Part shown: in pieces, positions 27,215 to 36,817 of the stretch
Layout of the letters: each line of letters starts with the position of its first letter
How positions within the stretch are numbered: the first letter of the stretch is position 1
IMG/VR virus record: IMGVR_UViG_3300042879_003909
Span: 79,772 to 143,771 of that record
From: a virus
Lineage: Duplodnaviria; Heunggongvirae; Uroviricota; Caudoviricetes
Length of the DNA stretch: 64,000 nt
Reading direction: 5' to 3' (one strand)
Made by a program: the position numbers and the translations under genes
The notes under the pieces: generated by a model
Databases searched by the model: none
What the model was told of the DNA's origin: nothing
The model's input: only the letters and a program-made list of their open reading frames with translations

Positions 27215-28212
27215 TCTGAAGCCCCCGGGGCCTTATAGTTATTTACGTTGAATTTTGGATTTTTGCACTTATTGATAGTTTCTTCTAAGCCGTATACTTT
27301 AATATGATCTTCTACATAGTTGCACATAGTCTTATCTGAATCTGGCCATTTATTTTTATAAAAATGACAAAGTTTAGTGCACCTAAAATCATTACGGTTT
27401 GCCTTGATTGGTTTTGGGTTTATGTCATTTAATATCTGCTTATATCTTTTTTCCAGCTTTGATAAAAATTTAGTACAATCAGATGCGTCAAAACACATGC
27501 TAAAAGGTCCGCCGTCCCGAATAAAAAATATTGTCATAATAATATATTTAAATTCCGGAAACAGTTTAGATATTGCGTAGTAGTAAAGTAAAAGCTGGGC
27601 ATCTTCTTCAAGCTTTTCATATGTTTTCTCTTCTCCGGTCGCCCAATTCTTTCTTTGCCCAGTTTTCCAGTCTACTACCTCAATAGTATCATCTCCAAGC
27701 TGTGTAATAAGGTCGATTGTGCCCTTAATAGCAAGCCTGCCGCCATCATTCATTATAGCCCAATCCTCCATAATTGGAATATTGAACTCTTGTTCTGGGG
27801 CTACAATAGCCCTATTTCTAGGATCAAATTGGCCATTGTTATATTCTAAAGCCATCCAAACCCATTCTTCACAAGTATCATATTCTTTTTTAGAATAATT
27901 ATTAGTTTTATCTGATTGCGAATAATGCTCAAAACTTCTGTCTAACAAACTTAGTACAAACTTTTTAGTACCAAGACTTTTTTTAGTAAAAGAAATTTCT
28001 CCTATGTGTTCATCGTTTACAACTAACTCTTCATTCTTTTGAATTTTTTGTTTGCAAGCAGCTAAGCATTCCATTACCTTATGAACAATTGTGCCAAGCT
28101 GAGCCTTGAGGCCCGAGGGTTCTGACCATCCTAAATTATAATTGAAAAAATACTTTAATGCGCAATACTCATACGCTCCGTAACTTGACGATCTTATATA
28201 TGGACATAGCAT
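27211..28212 (-). CDS. Cas4/RecB-family PD-(D/E)XK exonuclease with a Cys4 cluster
   Basis: Motif TIEVVDWKTGQRK (D..EhhDYKTG); one N-terminal Cys (MLCPY) plus a C-terminal CTKLCHFY...C cluster in the Cas4-like Fe-S arrangement. Confidence 0.55.
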   Translation of the reverse strand: MLCPYIRSSSYGAYEYCALKYFFNYNLGWSEPSGLKAQLGTIVHKVMECLAACKQKIQKNEELVVNDEHIGEISFTKKSLGTKKFVLSLLDRSFEHYSQSDKTNNYSKKEYDTCEEWVWMALEYNNGQFDPRNRAIVAPEQEFNIPIMEDWAIMNDGGRLAIKGTIDLITQLGDDTIEVVDWKTGQRKNWATGEEKTYEKLEEDAQLLLYYYAISKLFPEFKYIIMTIFFIRDGGPFSMCFDASDCTKFLSKLEKRYKQILNDINPKPIKANRNDFRCTKLCHFYKNKWPDSDKTMCNYVEDHIKVYGLEETINKCKNPKFNVNNYKAPGASE

Positions 28213-29120
28213 TATTTAATCTTCTTTATTCCTGTTTCTTTTTTTGGTTCATCTTTAATCCAGCCCCACGATTCAATACCAGATAATAGGGCTCGGCACG
28301 TATCTAGAACACTCATGTTTGAATTATTAATAGTAAGATCAAAATCATCAAAATCATCAAAGCCATTTTCGCTAGCGTGCGAATCGGTATTTGATATTGA
28401 GCGATCCAGATATACCAGCTTTGCACCTATTTGCTTGAGCGCAACAGCCTCGTTCTTAAACCTACAATCTGAAATTACTGCAATTTGCGGATCTTCTGTT
28501 TGAATATCTTTAATAACTTTATTGATCCAAATATTATCATACATTTTACGCATTACTTCAGTACCAAAAAACTGCATAAACTCTCGGGCTGTCATTGGAC
28601 CCGCTGCATGATATGTCATCTGTAAAATAAATTTTTTAACACCATCCCCATAATTATTTTTTGTTGCAGCATTATAAAGATCCTTATCAGAAATGACCCC
28701 GGGCATATTTTCCCAAAGTAAATGAGCGATAGTCTGATTCTTTTGTTCATCTGTTCCGTAAAGACATTCTTTTGGAATATCAAATAGCTTTTCTGCAATT
28801 TCTTTTAAAACAGAAGCAAAAGCATAATGTTTAATGAACGGCCATACATTATACGCCGCCCATTCGCCAAATTCTAAATCTGTTCTAGTTACATCAATCA
28901 ATAGATCAGCCTTGACCTCTTGCATATTTTCATCTAGGGTATTTGTGTTAATAATTAATCCACCTTTATCATCTAGATAAAAATCATTAATAATTTCTAA
29001 AGACTTTAGTTGATACCCGTGCAAAAAATTACAAAGAGTATTTTTACCGCTACCCTTTTTTCCACATAGGGCAATTATGTTTGCCATAAACTTCTCCCAA
29101 AAATTGTTTAGTTTGCTCAA
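28212..29120 (-). CDS. deoxynucleoside monophosphate kinase (T4 gp1-like P-loop kinase)
   Basis: P-loop IIALCGKKGSGKNTL near the N-terminus (compare T4 gp1 FLSGVKRSGKDT); later VISDCRFKNE (gp1-like D-x-R-F-x-N-E); true start probably Met12. Confidence 0.5.
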   Translation of the reverse strand: MSKLNNFWEKFMANIIALCGKKGSGKNTLCNFLHGYQLKSLEIINDFYLDDKGGLIINTNTLDENMQEVKADLLIDVTRTDLEFGEWAAYNVWPFIKHYAFASVLKEIAEKLFDIPKECLYGTDEQKNQTIAHLLWENMPGVISDKDLYNAATKNNYGDGVKKFILQMTYHAAGPMTAREFMQFFGTEVMRKMYDNIWINKVIKDIQTEDPQIAVISDCRFKNEAVALKQIGAKLVYLDRSISNTDSHASENGFDDFDDFDLTINNSNMSVLDTCRALLSGIESWGWIKDEPKKETGIKKIK

Positions 29121-30126
29121 TTGTTAATTCTGCAATATCTTTTGCTGGCATATTAGGTCTAATATAATTAAACCTTCTGCCGCATTTTTTGATAATTTTT
29201 TGTGCAGCTTTATCTCCAGCTTCGTCTGCATCTGTTAAGATAATAACTGTTAAAGCCCCGCTTTTCTCTAATAAAAATACTTGATCGTCACTAATTTCTG
29301 CACCGAATTGACCAACAGAATTAGGAAAATTTGCTTCGTGCAATCTCCATATACAACTCTGTCCTTCGACTATATTAACTACTCCTGTTGATAGAATTGA
29401 TTCTTTGGCAAAATTTAGTCCATATAAAAAAGAAGCTTTTTGAAAACCCTTACTGTTTTTCCATTTAGCATATCCTTCGTTCAATGTTCTTCCTATGCAT
29501 CCAACATAGTTATTATCTTCGTCGTATACAGGTACTACGGCTCGGCAATACATTTCTTTATTCTGTGCGAAGCAATCGCCTACGTCAAATTTATCAAGTA
29601 TTTCTTTTGAAAAATTTCTATCCTGTCTAGAGTTATCCATATAAAATTTAGATGGAATACTTAGGCTTGACCTAATTTTATCTTTTGTTAAAGCTGATTG
29701 TGACCGTACCAATTCTTTATTAAAGGTCTCTAAGAGCTTTAATTCTTTCAATAAGTTAAATTTAGATTCGTTGTTTTCTTCTTCTATCTCTGATAGATTT
29801 AAGAACTTCATGCAATAATCAAGTGTCTCGGACATGCTTGCTTTTTGTCCCTTGATATTAGACAAACAGCCTCTAACAAATCCAAATATTGTATTCTTGA
29901 ATTCTTCGTGGCATAAATTAGTCCAGCATGTCCAATAGCCACTATCTTTTCTTATGCTGCAACCAAGACCATTGTCGCCAGAATGAATAGGGCAACAAAA
30001 AGAAAAAGAACCGTTTGATTCTCTATATTCTATGTTTAATCTATCTAATAAATCTGGTAATCTTTCAACCAGTAGGTTACAAATTTGATATATCTGTATC
30101 TGATTCATCTGTTTCAAATCCATCAT
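29050..30126 (-). CDS. dnaG: DnaG-like DNA primase (zinc finger + TOPRIM)
   Basis: CCPIHSGDNGLGCS..CWTNLCHEEF zinc-binding region; TOPRIM-like VVNIVEGQSCIWRL and IILTDADEAGDKAAQKI. Confidence 0.65.
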   Translation of the reverse strand: MMDLKQMNQIQIYQICNLLVERLPDLLDRLNIEYRESNGSFSFCCPIHSGDNGLGCSIRKDSGYWTCWTNLCHEEFKNTIFGFVRGCLSNIKGQKASMSETLDYCMKFLNLSEIEEENNESKFNLLKELKLLETFNKELVRSQSALTKDKIRSSLSIPSKFYMDNSRQDRNFSKEILDKFDVGDCFAQNKEMYCRAVVPVYDEDNNYVGCIGRTLNEGYAKWKNSKGFQKASFLYGLNFAKESILSTGVVNIVEGQSCIWRLHEANFPNSVGQFGAEISDDQVFLLEKSGALTVIILTDADEAGDKAAQKIIKKCGRRFNYIRPNMPAKDIAELTIEQTKQFLGEVYGKHNCPMWKKG

Positions 30127-31561
30127 CTATAGTTCTTGTGTTAAGCTCGTTTCTGGTAGGGCCTTCGGTTAATTTAGCTATAGCCCCATCCATTCTAATA
30201 TTTATATAGTCGCCGTCTTCTAGACAGCCCCCGTGACGAGCTATTAGCGGAACAAGCTTTCTGTTATAGGCTTTCTTACATCCATTTTCTAAATCTTCTG
30301 CCTGTTCTTCTGATGATTTAACTTTAAAAATAGAAAACGAAGTACATAGCCAAACTAATCTATCTGATCCCGAAACAACGTCTGTAGATTCTTTAGTGAC
30401 ACCGTCTCGATTCAACTGAACAAAACTAAGACATGGAACATCATACTTTACGCAAAAATTATGTAGTTGAGTAATCAAAAAACCAAGCGCCTGATATTCC
30501 TGCATGCTTTCGCTTATGCTATCAGCACTCATTAACTTTAAATAGTCATAAATAATTATACAGTCTTTGGTCTTTCCATTTTCATCAAAGCCAACATGTT
30601 GATATAACCATTTTCTCATAATGGCTAAGATGGACTCAAATGATTGCCCGGCGATGCTAACATAGTGATATGGAATATTTTTTAATAAATTTGCTGACTG
30701 TTTTACTTTATCTAATTTAGCGGGGTCTGAGGCAAACTTGCCCGTAGTAAATTCATCTAGTGTTACTTCACTAAGACTACAAATGATTCTGTTATAGTGA
30801 TCTTCTTTGCTCATTTCGGTATCTAGCATTAGGACAGGTATATCGAGTTTACCAGCCGCATGCATAGCTACGGCGTCAGCAAAAAGACTTTTACCCACTT
30901 TTGCTCTAGCTCCTACAAGAGCGACTCCCTTGCGACGTAGTCCGCCGCCTATACACCTATCAAATTCTGCAAAGCCGGTACTAATACCGATCATATCGGT
31001 TGGATTATTGATTAGATGGTCTATATAGTCATCTACATCTTCTCCTAGAACCACTGTTTTATTTTCATCAGTTCTATAAGTCTGAAAGACTACGTCTAAA
31101 ATAGGCCCTTCTACCAGCCCAAGTAAATCAGATATAGACTCTTCGCCAGTAATCGATGCTAGATTATTATCGCATGATTGTAGTGTCTGCCTTAAATCCC
31201 GGGCTAATTTTAGTTTTGCTAATTTAGCAGCAAAATTGACAATATTATTTTTGTTTATGGGAAAATTAAATAAAGAACGAATAAAGGCAATTTCTTCATT
31301 ATTGCTAAGCAAATGATAAAATCCTAATTCATTCGCTTTAGATAATATTGAAGATAGTTCTATATTGGCTCCAGACATAGCTACTTCTTTTAAGCAAGAA
31401 AATAGGCTGGAGTTTAGCGTATCAGAAAATGATCCTGCATCAATAAAATCTATTTCTAATAAACAGTCTAATCCATATTGGGCAATGCCACTTAGTACCG
31501 CTCTTTCTGCGGCAAAATCTATAATCTCTTTTTGTTTCGGATCTTTTGAAAGTCTTCCCAT
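30077..31561 (-). CDS. dnaB: DnaB-family replicative DNA helicase
   Basis: N-terminal DnaB-like domain (ERAVLSGI..); Walker A GARAKVGKS; LMLDTEMS; RecA-fold motifs (LIIYDYLKLM, NRDGV..). Confidence 0.8.
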   Translation of the reverse strand: MGRLSKDPKQKEIIDFAAERAVLSGIAQYGLDCLLEIDFIDAGSFSDTLNSSLFSCLKEVAMSGANIELSSILSKANELGFYHLLSNNEEIAFIRSLFNFPINKNNIVNFAAKLAKLKLARDLRQTLQSCDNNLASITGEESISDLLGLVEGPILDVVFQTYRTDENKTVVLGEDVDDYIDHLINNPTDMIGISTGFAEFDRCIGGGLRRKGVALVGARAKVGKSLFADAVAMHAAGKLDIPVLMLDTEMSKEDHYNRIICSLSEVTLDEFTTGKFASDPAKLDKVKQSANLLKNIPYHYVSIAGQSFESILAIMRKWLYQHVGFDENGKTKDCIIIYDYLKLMSADSISESMQEYQALGFLITQLHNFCVKYDVPCLSFVQLNRDGVTKESTDVVSGSDRLVWLCTSFSIFKVKSSEEQAEDLENGCKKAYNRKLVPLIARHGGCLEDGDYINIRMDGAIAKLTEGPTRNELNTRTIDDGFETDESDTDISNL

Positions 31562-31731
31562 CTATACGTCAGTCCTGTTAATAATATTTTTATACGTTTT
31601 GGTGGTTTATCATCTACTAGAGACTCGCCATCCCAAAAAATCCAGACAGGGTGTTTTGGTACTTCGCTTAAAAAAGTAATACTAGGGTCTTCTTCTAGCC
31701 AAGAAGCCATATATTTATAATCATTGAGCAT
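31519..31731 (-). CDS. hypothetical small protein
   Basis: ORF only. Confidence 0.3.
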   Translation of the reverse strand: MLNDYKYMASWLEEDPSITFLSEVPKHPVWIFWDGESLVDDKPPKRIKILLTGLTYRWEDFQKIRNKKRL

Positions 31732-32275
31732 TTGGTGGCGTCATCTTAAAATCATTTTGGTCTTGAATTAGTCTAAAAACTTTTACTTGAGAATATGAAA
31801 TTACAAAAGCTTTAATGACTTTTATTCCATATGGGCGCAAAAACGCTCTCACTTTTTTTGTTAATAATTTATCTATCAATGTTTGCTTTCTTTGTAGGTC
31901 ATCAAATGTTTCGGTAATAACAACCCGCTTCACCGCTCCTTGTGCCGTGTCTCTAATAGTATCTTCTAGATTGAAAGTATCAACCAAAGCTTTAAGAATA
32001 TCATCAACTTCGTAGATAACAGCCACATCTATAACTACAGATTTTTTATCAGATGTAGTCAATACTTGTGCCGGAAGATTGATAGTTTGACGTTTAACAG
32101 GATATGTTTCGGGATTAGCCCAAAATGGCAAATATACATGAAGGCCGGGCCCTATTTCTTTAGCCTTATCCCTAATAAACATCACGCCCCTATGGGTCGA
32201 TTTTATGTGTAAAATTCTAGGGATAAAACTCCCTATCCATTCGAATATATGACCTATCCAATCTAAAGCTGCCAT
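31721..32275 (-). CDS. SPFH/band-7 (stomatin/prohibitin-like) domain protein
   Basis: RQTINLPAQVLTTSDKKSVVIDVAVIYEVDD...TAQGAVKRVVITETFDDLQ...PYGIKVIKAFVISYSQV matches the SPFH core (Q.i.lp.Q...TkDnV.v.VdavV.yrv.d). Confidence 0.5.
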   Translation of the reverse strand: MAALDWIGHIFEWIGSFIPRILHIKSTHRGVMFIRDKAKEIGPGLHVYLPFWANPETYPVKRQTINLPAQVLTTSDKKSVVIDVAVIYEVDDILKALVDTFNLEDTIRDTAQGAVKRVVITETFDDLQRKQTLIDKLLTKKVRAFLRPYGIKVIKAFVISYSQVKVFRLIQDQNDFKMTPPNAQ

Positions 32276-32742
32276 TAGTCACCGTTTGTTTTTATATTAA
32301 ATTCATGCATATTATTTATTTCAATAGAATATTTAGAGTCATCTTTTATGTTAACAATATATCCTTCTTTATCTATTGTCACATGAAAGATTTTTTGGCC
32401 CTGATTATACAGATTTAGCTTTTCTTCATTTTTCTTAAAAATAGATTTAAGCTTTTTTAAGCATTGCCTGCTTAATGAATTACTTTCTTTTTCTATTTTT
32501 TTAAGTATATCTATGGCTAATCTATTATCTCGGTCTTCACAAGCTTTTAAAAACGAATACCCTAGATTTTGTAAAGACTTAAAAGAAGGTACGCCACCAA
32601 TAGTCCTTGGTATAATACTGTCTTGGTGGCCAACGGCACATGTGCAAAAGTCCTCAGCCTTTTTTATGAGGCTTTTCCATTGTACTCTTGCCTGTCTCAA
32701 TTCTGTTTTCCAATCTATTCTCTCGTTCGGTGATGTAAACAT
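32275..32742 (-). CDS. hypothetical protein
   Basis: ORF only. Confidence 0.3.
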   Translation of the reverse strand: MFTSPNERIDWKTELRQARVQWKSLIKKAEDFCTCAVGHQDSIIPRTIGGVPSFKSLQNLGYSFLKACEDRDNRLAIDILKKIEKESNSLSRQCLKKLKSIFKKNEEKLNLYNQGQKIFHVTIDKEGYIVNIKDDSKYSIEINNMHEFNIKTNGD

Positions 32743-32845
32743 CGATCTCTTTATTTCCTTTTCTATGGGGCTTGGTGTATGGACAATTTTTACATTTTAA
32801 TCCACAACATTCACCCCTAGATAATAAAAAATCTCTAGTTAGCAT
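32654..32845 (-). CDS. small CxxC protein (GECCGLKCKNCPY)
   Basis: 63-aa ORF with a Cys cluster; overlaps the 32275-32742 ORF in another frame, so only one of the two may be real. Confidence 0.3.
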   Translation of the reverse strand: MLTRDFLLSRGECCGLKCKNCPYTKPHRKGNKEIDVYITERENRLENRIETGKSTMEKPHKKG

Positions 32846-33057
32846 AGTTCGCTTAAATTTCTAATTAGCTTATCTTTTTCTTTATAGAGTTTGCTTTTTA
32901 TTTTTTCTATTTTTCTAATTTCGCTATTAGAAATAGTGGAATCCAGCCTATCATTTAGGTCGTAAATTCTAGACTGGATTTCTCTGATTCTTTTCTCTAT
33001 TTTTTCTTTATTCATTGCTGCTTGCAAATTTAATATTATTGTCTTCGTCAATGCCAT
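32839..33057 (-). CDS. hypothetical coiled-coil protein
   Basis: ORF only. Confidence 0.3.
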   Translation of the reverse strand: MALTKTIILNLQAAMNKEKIEKRIREIQSRIYDLNDRLDSTISNSEIRKIEKIKSKLYKEKDKLIRNLSELC

Positions 33058-33295
33058 CGATTCTTATATGGCCAGATGCAAACCTATCAAATAAAAGTTT
33101 GCTGACTTTTACTAGAACCATTGCTTGAACTACTTTGTGAATATTGTCTACATTAAAATCTGCTGTTGCCCGAACATATTGTAGTATGATTTTGTCTATC
33201 TCTTCTTCGGAAAGAGCTACAAAGTTTTTTTCACTTTCATTCCAATGTAATTCGTCCGTGGGAATCAATGCGTATATATCTTTTCTAGTTGTCAT
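33008..33295 (-). CDS. hypothetical protein
   Basis: ORF only. Confidence 0.3.
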   Translation of the reverse strand: MTTRKDIYALIPTDELHWNESEKNFVALSEEEIDKIILQYVRATADFNVDNIHKVVQAMVLVKVSKLLFDRFASGHIRIDGIDEDNNIKFASSNE

Positions 33296-33545
33296 TTTCT
33301 TGTTTCTTTAAAAAAGCTTCTCTTCTGGAACTGTATCTGTTTGGATCAGCAAGATTAGTATCTAGCCTTTCCGAATATGTAATATAATACCCATCATCAT
33401 CTTGACATATTACTTCATTTTTTTGTAGCTCCACATCAAATAAATCTTTGTTAACAACCATTTTCGCATGAGACCCATAAAAGCTAGGAGTGGTAATTGT
33501 TCTTCCAGAATCATGAGATTTTCTTGATACCACTTTTTTATTCAC
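33285..33545 (-). CDS. hypothetical protein
   Basis: ORF only. Confidence 0.3.
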   Translation of the reverse strand: MNKKVVSRKSHDSGRTITTPSFYGSHAKMVVNKDLFDVELQKNEVICQDDDGYYITYSERLDTNLADPNRYSSRREAFLKKQENDN

Positions 33546-33958
33546 AGTCCAGTACTCCCAAATCCAGATTCGCCTCTATCAGTCTCTTCTAAAGATTCTA
33601 CAGTTTCAAATTCATAAGTCAAGTATTCCTGAAATAAAATTTGAGCAACTTTTGCTCCAGATTCTAGATATACATCTTGGTCTCCGGTATTATGCAGGAT
33701 TACCTTAACTTCTCCTCTGTACGAGCTATCAATAACGCCCGCCAATACGTCTAGTCCAAAGTCTTTAGCATATCCGGAGCGGGGCCAAATTAGACCAACT
33801 ACGCCCTCTGGAATCTCTAAAGATACTCCGGTACTTACCGAAACTCTATCAAAAGCCGGAATCAAAACAGTTTCGCATGAAAACAGATCGTGCCCGGCAT
33901 CGCCTAACTTTGGTGACTTTGGAGTTTTTGCGTTTGGATTTAATAGTTTTACTTTCAT
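33542..33958 (-). CDS. dut: dUTP diphosphatase
   Basis: All five dUTPase motifs: AGHDL, WPRSG, GVIDSSYRGE, KVAQI and RGESGFGSTG. Confidence 0.85.
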   Translation of the reverse strand: MKVKLLNPNAKTPKSPKLGDAGHDLFSCETVLIPAFDRVSVSTGVSLEIPEGVVGLIWPRSGYAKDFGLDVLAGVIDSSYRGEVKVILHNTGDQDVYLESGAKVAQILFQEYLTYEFETVESLEETDRGESGFGSTGL

Positions 33959-34414
33959 TTATCTTCCCTTTCTTCCTAAAATACAGCTATCGCATAAATA
34001 AGATGTTACCGAACCATCTCCCGCAATAACTTTAATTTTGTTATTACAATTTTCGTTTGAACACTTCTTATAAGTCGGTTTATACTTGGGCCTATCCCTT
34101 GGTGACAATTTAATTTTTGGCGTTTGGTCTGCTTTAGACATTGCCTCTGTTTTATCATCAAAGAAAATATTTTTTCTATTTTTAATTTTATTTACCGGCA
34201 CCTTAACTTTACCATCTACTTTTCTTTTCATAGTAAAATCGCCAGAATCTTTTGTAGAAGATACTTGTTTTTTAGGTGCCTTTTTTGTTTTTTTACTGAC
34301 TGGCTCTACAGCTTCAGGCTCTTCCAGCAATTTATTAGCCAATTCTATCAGCTCTTCATCTTGAGTAGCTAAAGCCTTTTTTAATAGTTGTTTTACAATT
34401 TCTGTGTTTTTCAT
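33959..34414 (-). CDS. Lys-rich protein with a C-terminal zinc ribbon
   Basis: CSNENCNN...CDSC Cys4; highly basic middle region. Confidence 0.35.
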   Translation of the reverse strand: MKNTEIVKQLLKKALATQDEELIELANKLLEEPEAVEPVSKKTKKAPKKQVSSTKDSGDFTMKRKVDGKVKVPVNKIKNRKNIFFDDKTEAMSKADQTPKIKLSPRDRPKYKPTYKKCSNENCNNKIKVIAGDGSVTSYLCDSCILGRKGR

Positions 34415-34875
34415 TGCTTCCTCTTAGATAGTTCTAACATAATATCGGACAATCTTTTAATATTTAATGCTTTATTTTCTAAAAGCTGAAATCTTAAAGA
34501 CGCTTCATTCTTTAAATTATATAATTTTTCTGCTAATGGATTTTCTCTGATAGCTAGGTTGTACTTCTTTTCATACTTAACATAGTTATCGCCATAATTA
34601 TCTATTGTTGGTGCCACGATATAGTTTATACTATTTGTAGCGTAATCTATAATTGCTTTTAATCTATTTGATTCTTTATTTATATAATCTGCATAGCTAC
34701 ACAAAACAAAAGATGAAGTAATTAAATCTTGAGAATTCATTTCTTTAATTTCTTCGTATGATAAGTTTATTACTTCTTCGCACTTATCATGATTAATTCT
34801 AGAAATATCTAATTTATTATCAGATATCCAAGAATCAATTTTTTGCATAAAATCAATTACATCATCTGGATTCAA
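34411..34875 (-). CDS. hypothetical protein
   Basis: ORF only. Confidence 0.3.
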   Translation of the reverse strand: MNPDDVIDFMQKIDSWISDNKLDISRINHDKCEEVINLSYEEIKEMNSQDLITSSFVLCSYADYINKESNRLKAIIDYATNSINYIVAPTIDNYGDNYVKYEKKYNLAIRENPLAEKLYNLKNEASLRFQLLENKALNIKRLSDIMLELSKRKQ

Positions 34876-35365
34876 TTTGCTGTCTCCATGTGTCTGGTTT
34901 ATCTTTATGATTTAAAACAATTAGACTTATTTGATTTTGTTCACACCATCTAATTTTGTCACAATCTCTTTTTTTTGCTTTTAAAAAATTAAACTTCTGT
35001 TTGTAGAAAAAGCTGCTATAAGAATAATGCTGTTCTCCATGAGCTTCTACCATTAAATTTCTATTTGGTATGTAAAAATCTACAGATAATTCTTTCTTGC
35101 CTTTCCAATCTCTGCTACCTATTAATTCTACTTCTTCCATAATTATATCAAACGGAAAAATTTCTTTTAGTAAAAGTTTTACATTTTGATGCAAGGAAGA
35201 CTTATTATCTAAGGCACTAGAACCTCTAGGCTTCCAATCATATTCTTTTCCATCTAATCCTATGATTTTCATAACATTAATTTGATTTCTTCCACTAATG
35301 CTTCGTATAGTCGTGGATTTTCTTTGATAAAGAAATATGTTTTTTCCGCCCCCTGAAACTTGCAT
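34862..35365 (-). CDS. DUF559/Vsr-like endonuclease-domain protein (third free-standing endonuclease paralogue); true start probably an internal Met
   Basis: SVDFYIPNRNLMVEAHGEQHY...CDKIRW...ISLIVLNH fits the DUF559 pattern (aDFy.p..kl.iEvDG.qH....d..Rd..L...G..vlRf); abuts the recA-like gene. Confidence 0.45.
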   Translation of the reverse strand: MQVSGGGKNIFLYQRKSTTIRSISGRNQINVMKIIGLDGKEYDWKPRGSSALDNKSSLHQNVKLLLKEIFPFDIIMEEVELIGSRDWKGKKELSVDFYIPNRNLMVEAHGEQHYSYSSFFYKQKFNFLKAKKRDCDKIRWCEQNQISLIVLNHKDKPDTWRQQIESR

Positions 35366-36411
35366 TTCTTGAGTGCTTCATCTGGCTCTTTATATGTATT
35401 ATCAGAATTTAGCTCAATCTCTGGAAAAATACTTTTCAATAATTCTGGTTTGTTGTAAAGAAAAGAACATGTCATCCAAGCCACAGCCTGAGAAATAAGC
35501 CCAGCTTCTTGACCCATGATTAGAATTTCTTGCACCTTATCAACACCATATCCATAGCGTACCCAGCTTTGGCATTCTGCCCCCGGCGGGCCCATAGAAG
35601 AGCACAATACCTTCCAGTTAATCGCCTGACCGATTTGCTGGTCGTCTTGTAGCCAAGGCTGAATAGACTTAACTTCCATTCGCGTATCTGCCTGATATTG
35701 AATCTTAACACCACCATCGGCCATTCTAGCAGCACCATAGCCGCTTGTATTGGTAATCATGTGAGTAATCAAAATCATTAGAGATTTCTGATTTGGTACA
35801 ATCTGTCCCATTTTCTTAGTAAAGTCCGAAAGTATTTTTGGTAAACCGGGCCTTGTCATTCCGTTGATTTCCTGCTCTAAGTCTCTTTGTGGAATTAAAG
35901 AAGAGACAGAGTCAATAATACAAACACAGCCTTCATTTTCTTTTGCTGAAACTAGTTTGGCAGCTATATCTAAAAACTCTTCTGCACTTAGAGGCTTTTC
36001 TTCCGCCCTAATTACAGTTACTTTTGCTGGATCTAATTCGCTTATTTCAAAGTTCATTTCTTTTAATCGGCCCTCAACATCTAAATATATGATATGACGA
36101 CCTTCTTTTTGACAATTTGCTGCAATTTGCATAGCAATTGTAGTTTTTCCAGACTTGCATGCTCCGCTCAACATAACCCAAGAGCCTTCTTTAATACCGC
36201 CGCTTAATGCTACGTCGATTACCGGGCTGACAGAAATAACCTTATAGTCTTTTCTTTTATCAAGTAGCTCTGTACCAGTTCTAATAACATCTCCATACTT
36301 TTTTGCAATTTCGGATAGTGTATTGCCTTCTGTTTTAGATACTTTAGTCTTCGCCATTATTATTCTCCAAATTTTTAAATTTTGCAAACATACTTTTTTT
36401 CTTGCTGGCAA
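35269..36411 (-). CDS. RecA-family recombinase (UvsX/RecA-like)
   Basis: Walker A VMLSGACKSGKTTIAMQIAA (compare RecA GPESSGKTT); Walker B IIYLDVEG; probable true start MAKTKVSK. Confidence 0.6.
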   Translation of the reverse strand: MPARKKVCLQNLKIWRIIMAKTKVSKTEGNTLSEIAKKYGDVIRTGTELLDKRKDYKVISVSPVIDVALSGGIKEGSWVMLSGACKSGKTTIAMQIAANCQKEGRHIIYLDVEGRLKEMNFEISELDPAKVTVIRAEEKPLSAEEFLDIAAKLVSAKENEGCVCIIDSVSSLIPQRDLEQEINGMTRPGLPKILSDFTKKMGQIVPNQKSLMILITHMITNTSGYGAARMADGGVKIQYQADTRMEVKSIQPWLQDDQQIGQAINWKVLCSSMGPPGAECQSWVRYGYGVDKVQEILIMGQEAGLISQAVAWMTCSFLYNKPELLKSIFPEIELNSDNTYKEPDEALKKCKFQGAEKTYFFIKENPRLYEALVEEIKLML

Positions 36412-36817
36412 AAGATGCTCTCGGTTGTTGAGAAGTATCTATCTTTTCTTTTGCTTCGACTATACTAACCTTTTCTAGTTCTTCTCTATATGTAAAAGCA
36501 AAATCTTCAATCATTTTTTTTACGAAATCTAGCGGGTGATAAAAGCCCAAAGAATATATCTTTTTGCCTTTTTCTGAATTAATAAAAGCTATTAAAACTT
36601 TATCTCCAAATTCTTCTATAAGTCTATGCGCGGCAACGATTTGTGCCTGATATGATTTTTTTTGAGACTTGTTCCAAAATTTAAACGCTAGATTGCCTTT
36701 ATTATCTTTTTCTGCTTTTCTAAGGCACATAACCTCAGCAACATATTGTGCGGCATTACACATCACGCCTGTCGAGGGCGACTTGAATACTTTCTCTAGT
36801 TTTTTTTCTTGATCCAT
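36344..36817 (-). CDS. hypothetical protein
   Basis: ORF only. Confidence 0.3.
   Translation of the reverse strand: MDQEKKLEKVFKSPSTGVMCNAAQYVAEVMCLRKAEKDNKGNLAFKFWNKSQKKSYQAQIVAAHRLIEEFGDKVLIAFINSEKGKKIYSLGFYHPLDFVKKMIEDFAFTYREELEKVSIVEAKEKIDTSQQPRASFASKKKSMFAKFKNLENNNGED

Noticed and set aside
29050-29120. 70-nt overlap between the primase 3' end and the dNMP-kinase ORF start (and similar overlaps at 10996-11066, 13373-13443, 35269-35365 and 62423-62487)
   Set aside because: Each downstream gene has an in-frame internal Met closer to its conserved N-terminal motif (for example MANIIALCGKKGSGK, MKILVSGAQG, MAKTKVSK, MNRREFVNN). The long overlaps are therefore most likely ORF-track over-extension rather than real overlapping coding.
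35520-35738. 72-aa ORF on the minus strand inside the recA-like gene (different frame)
   Set aside because: Fully nested within a conserved recombinase gene with intact Walker motifs; no evidence for an overlapping gene.
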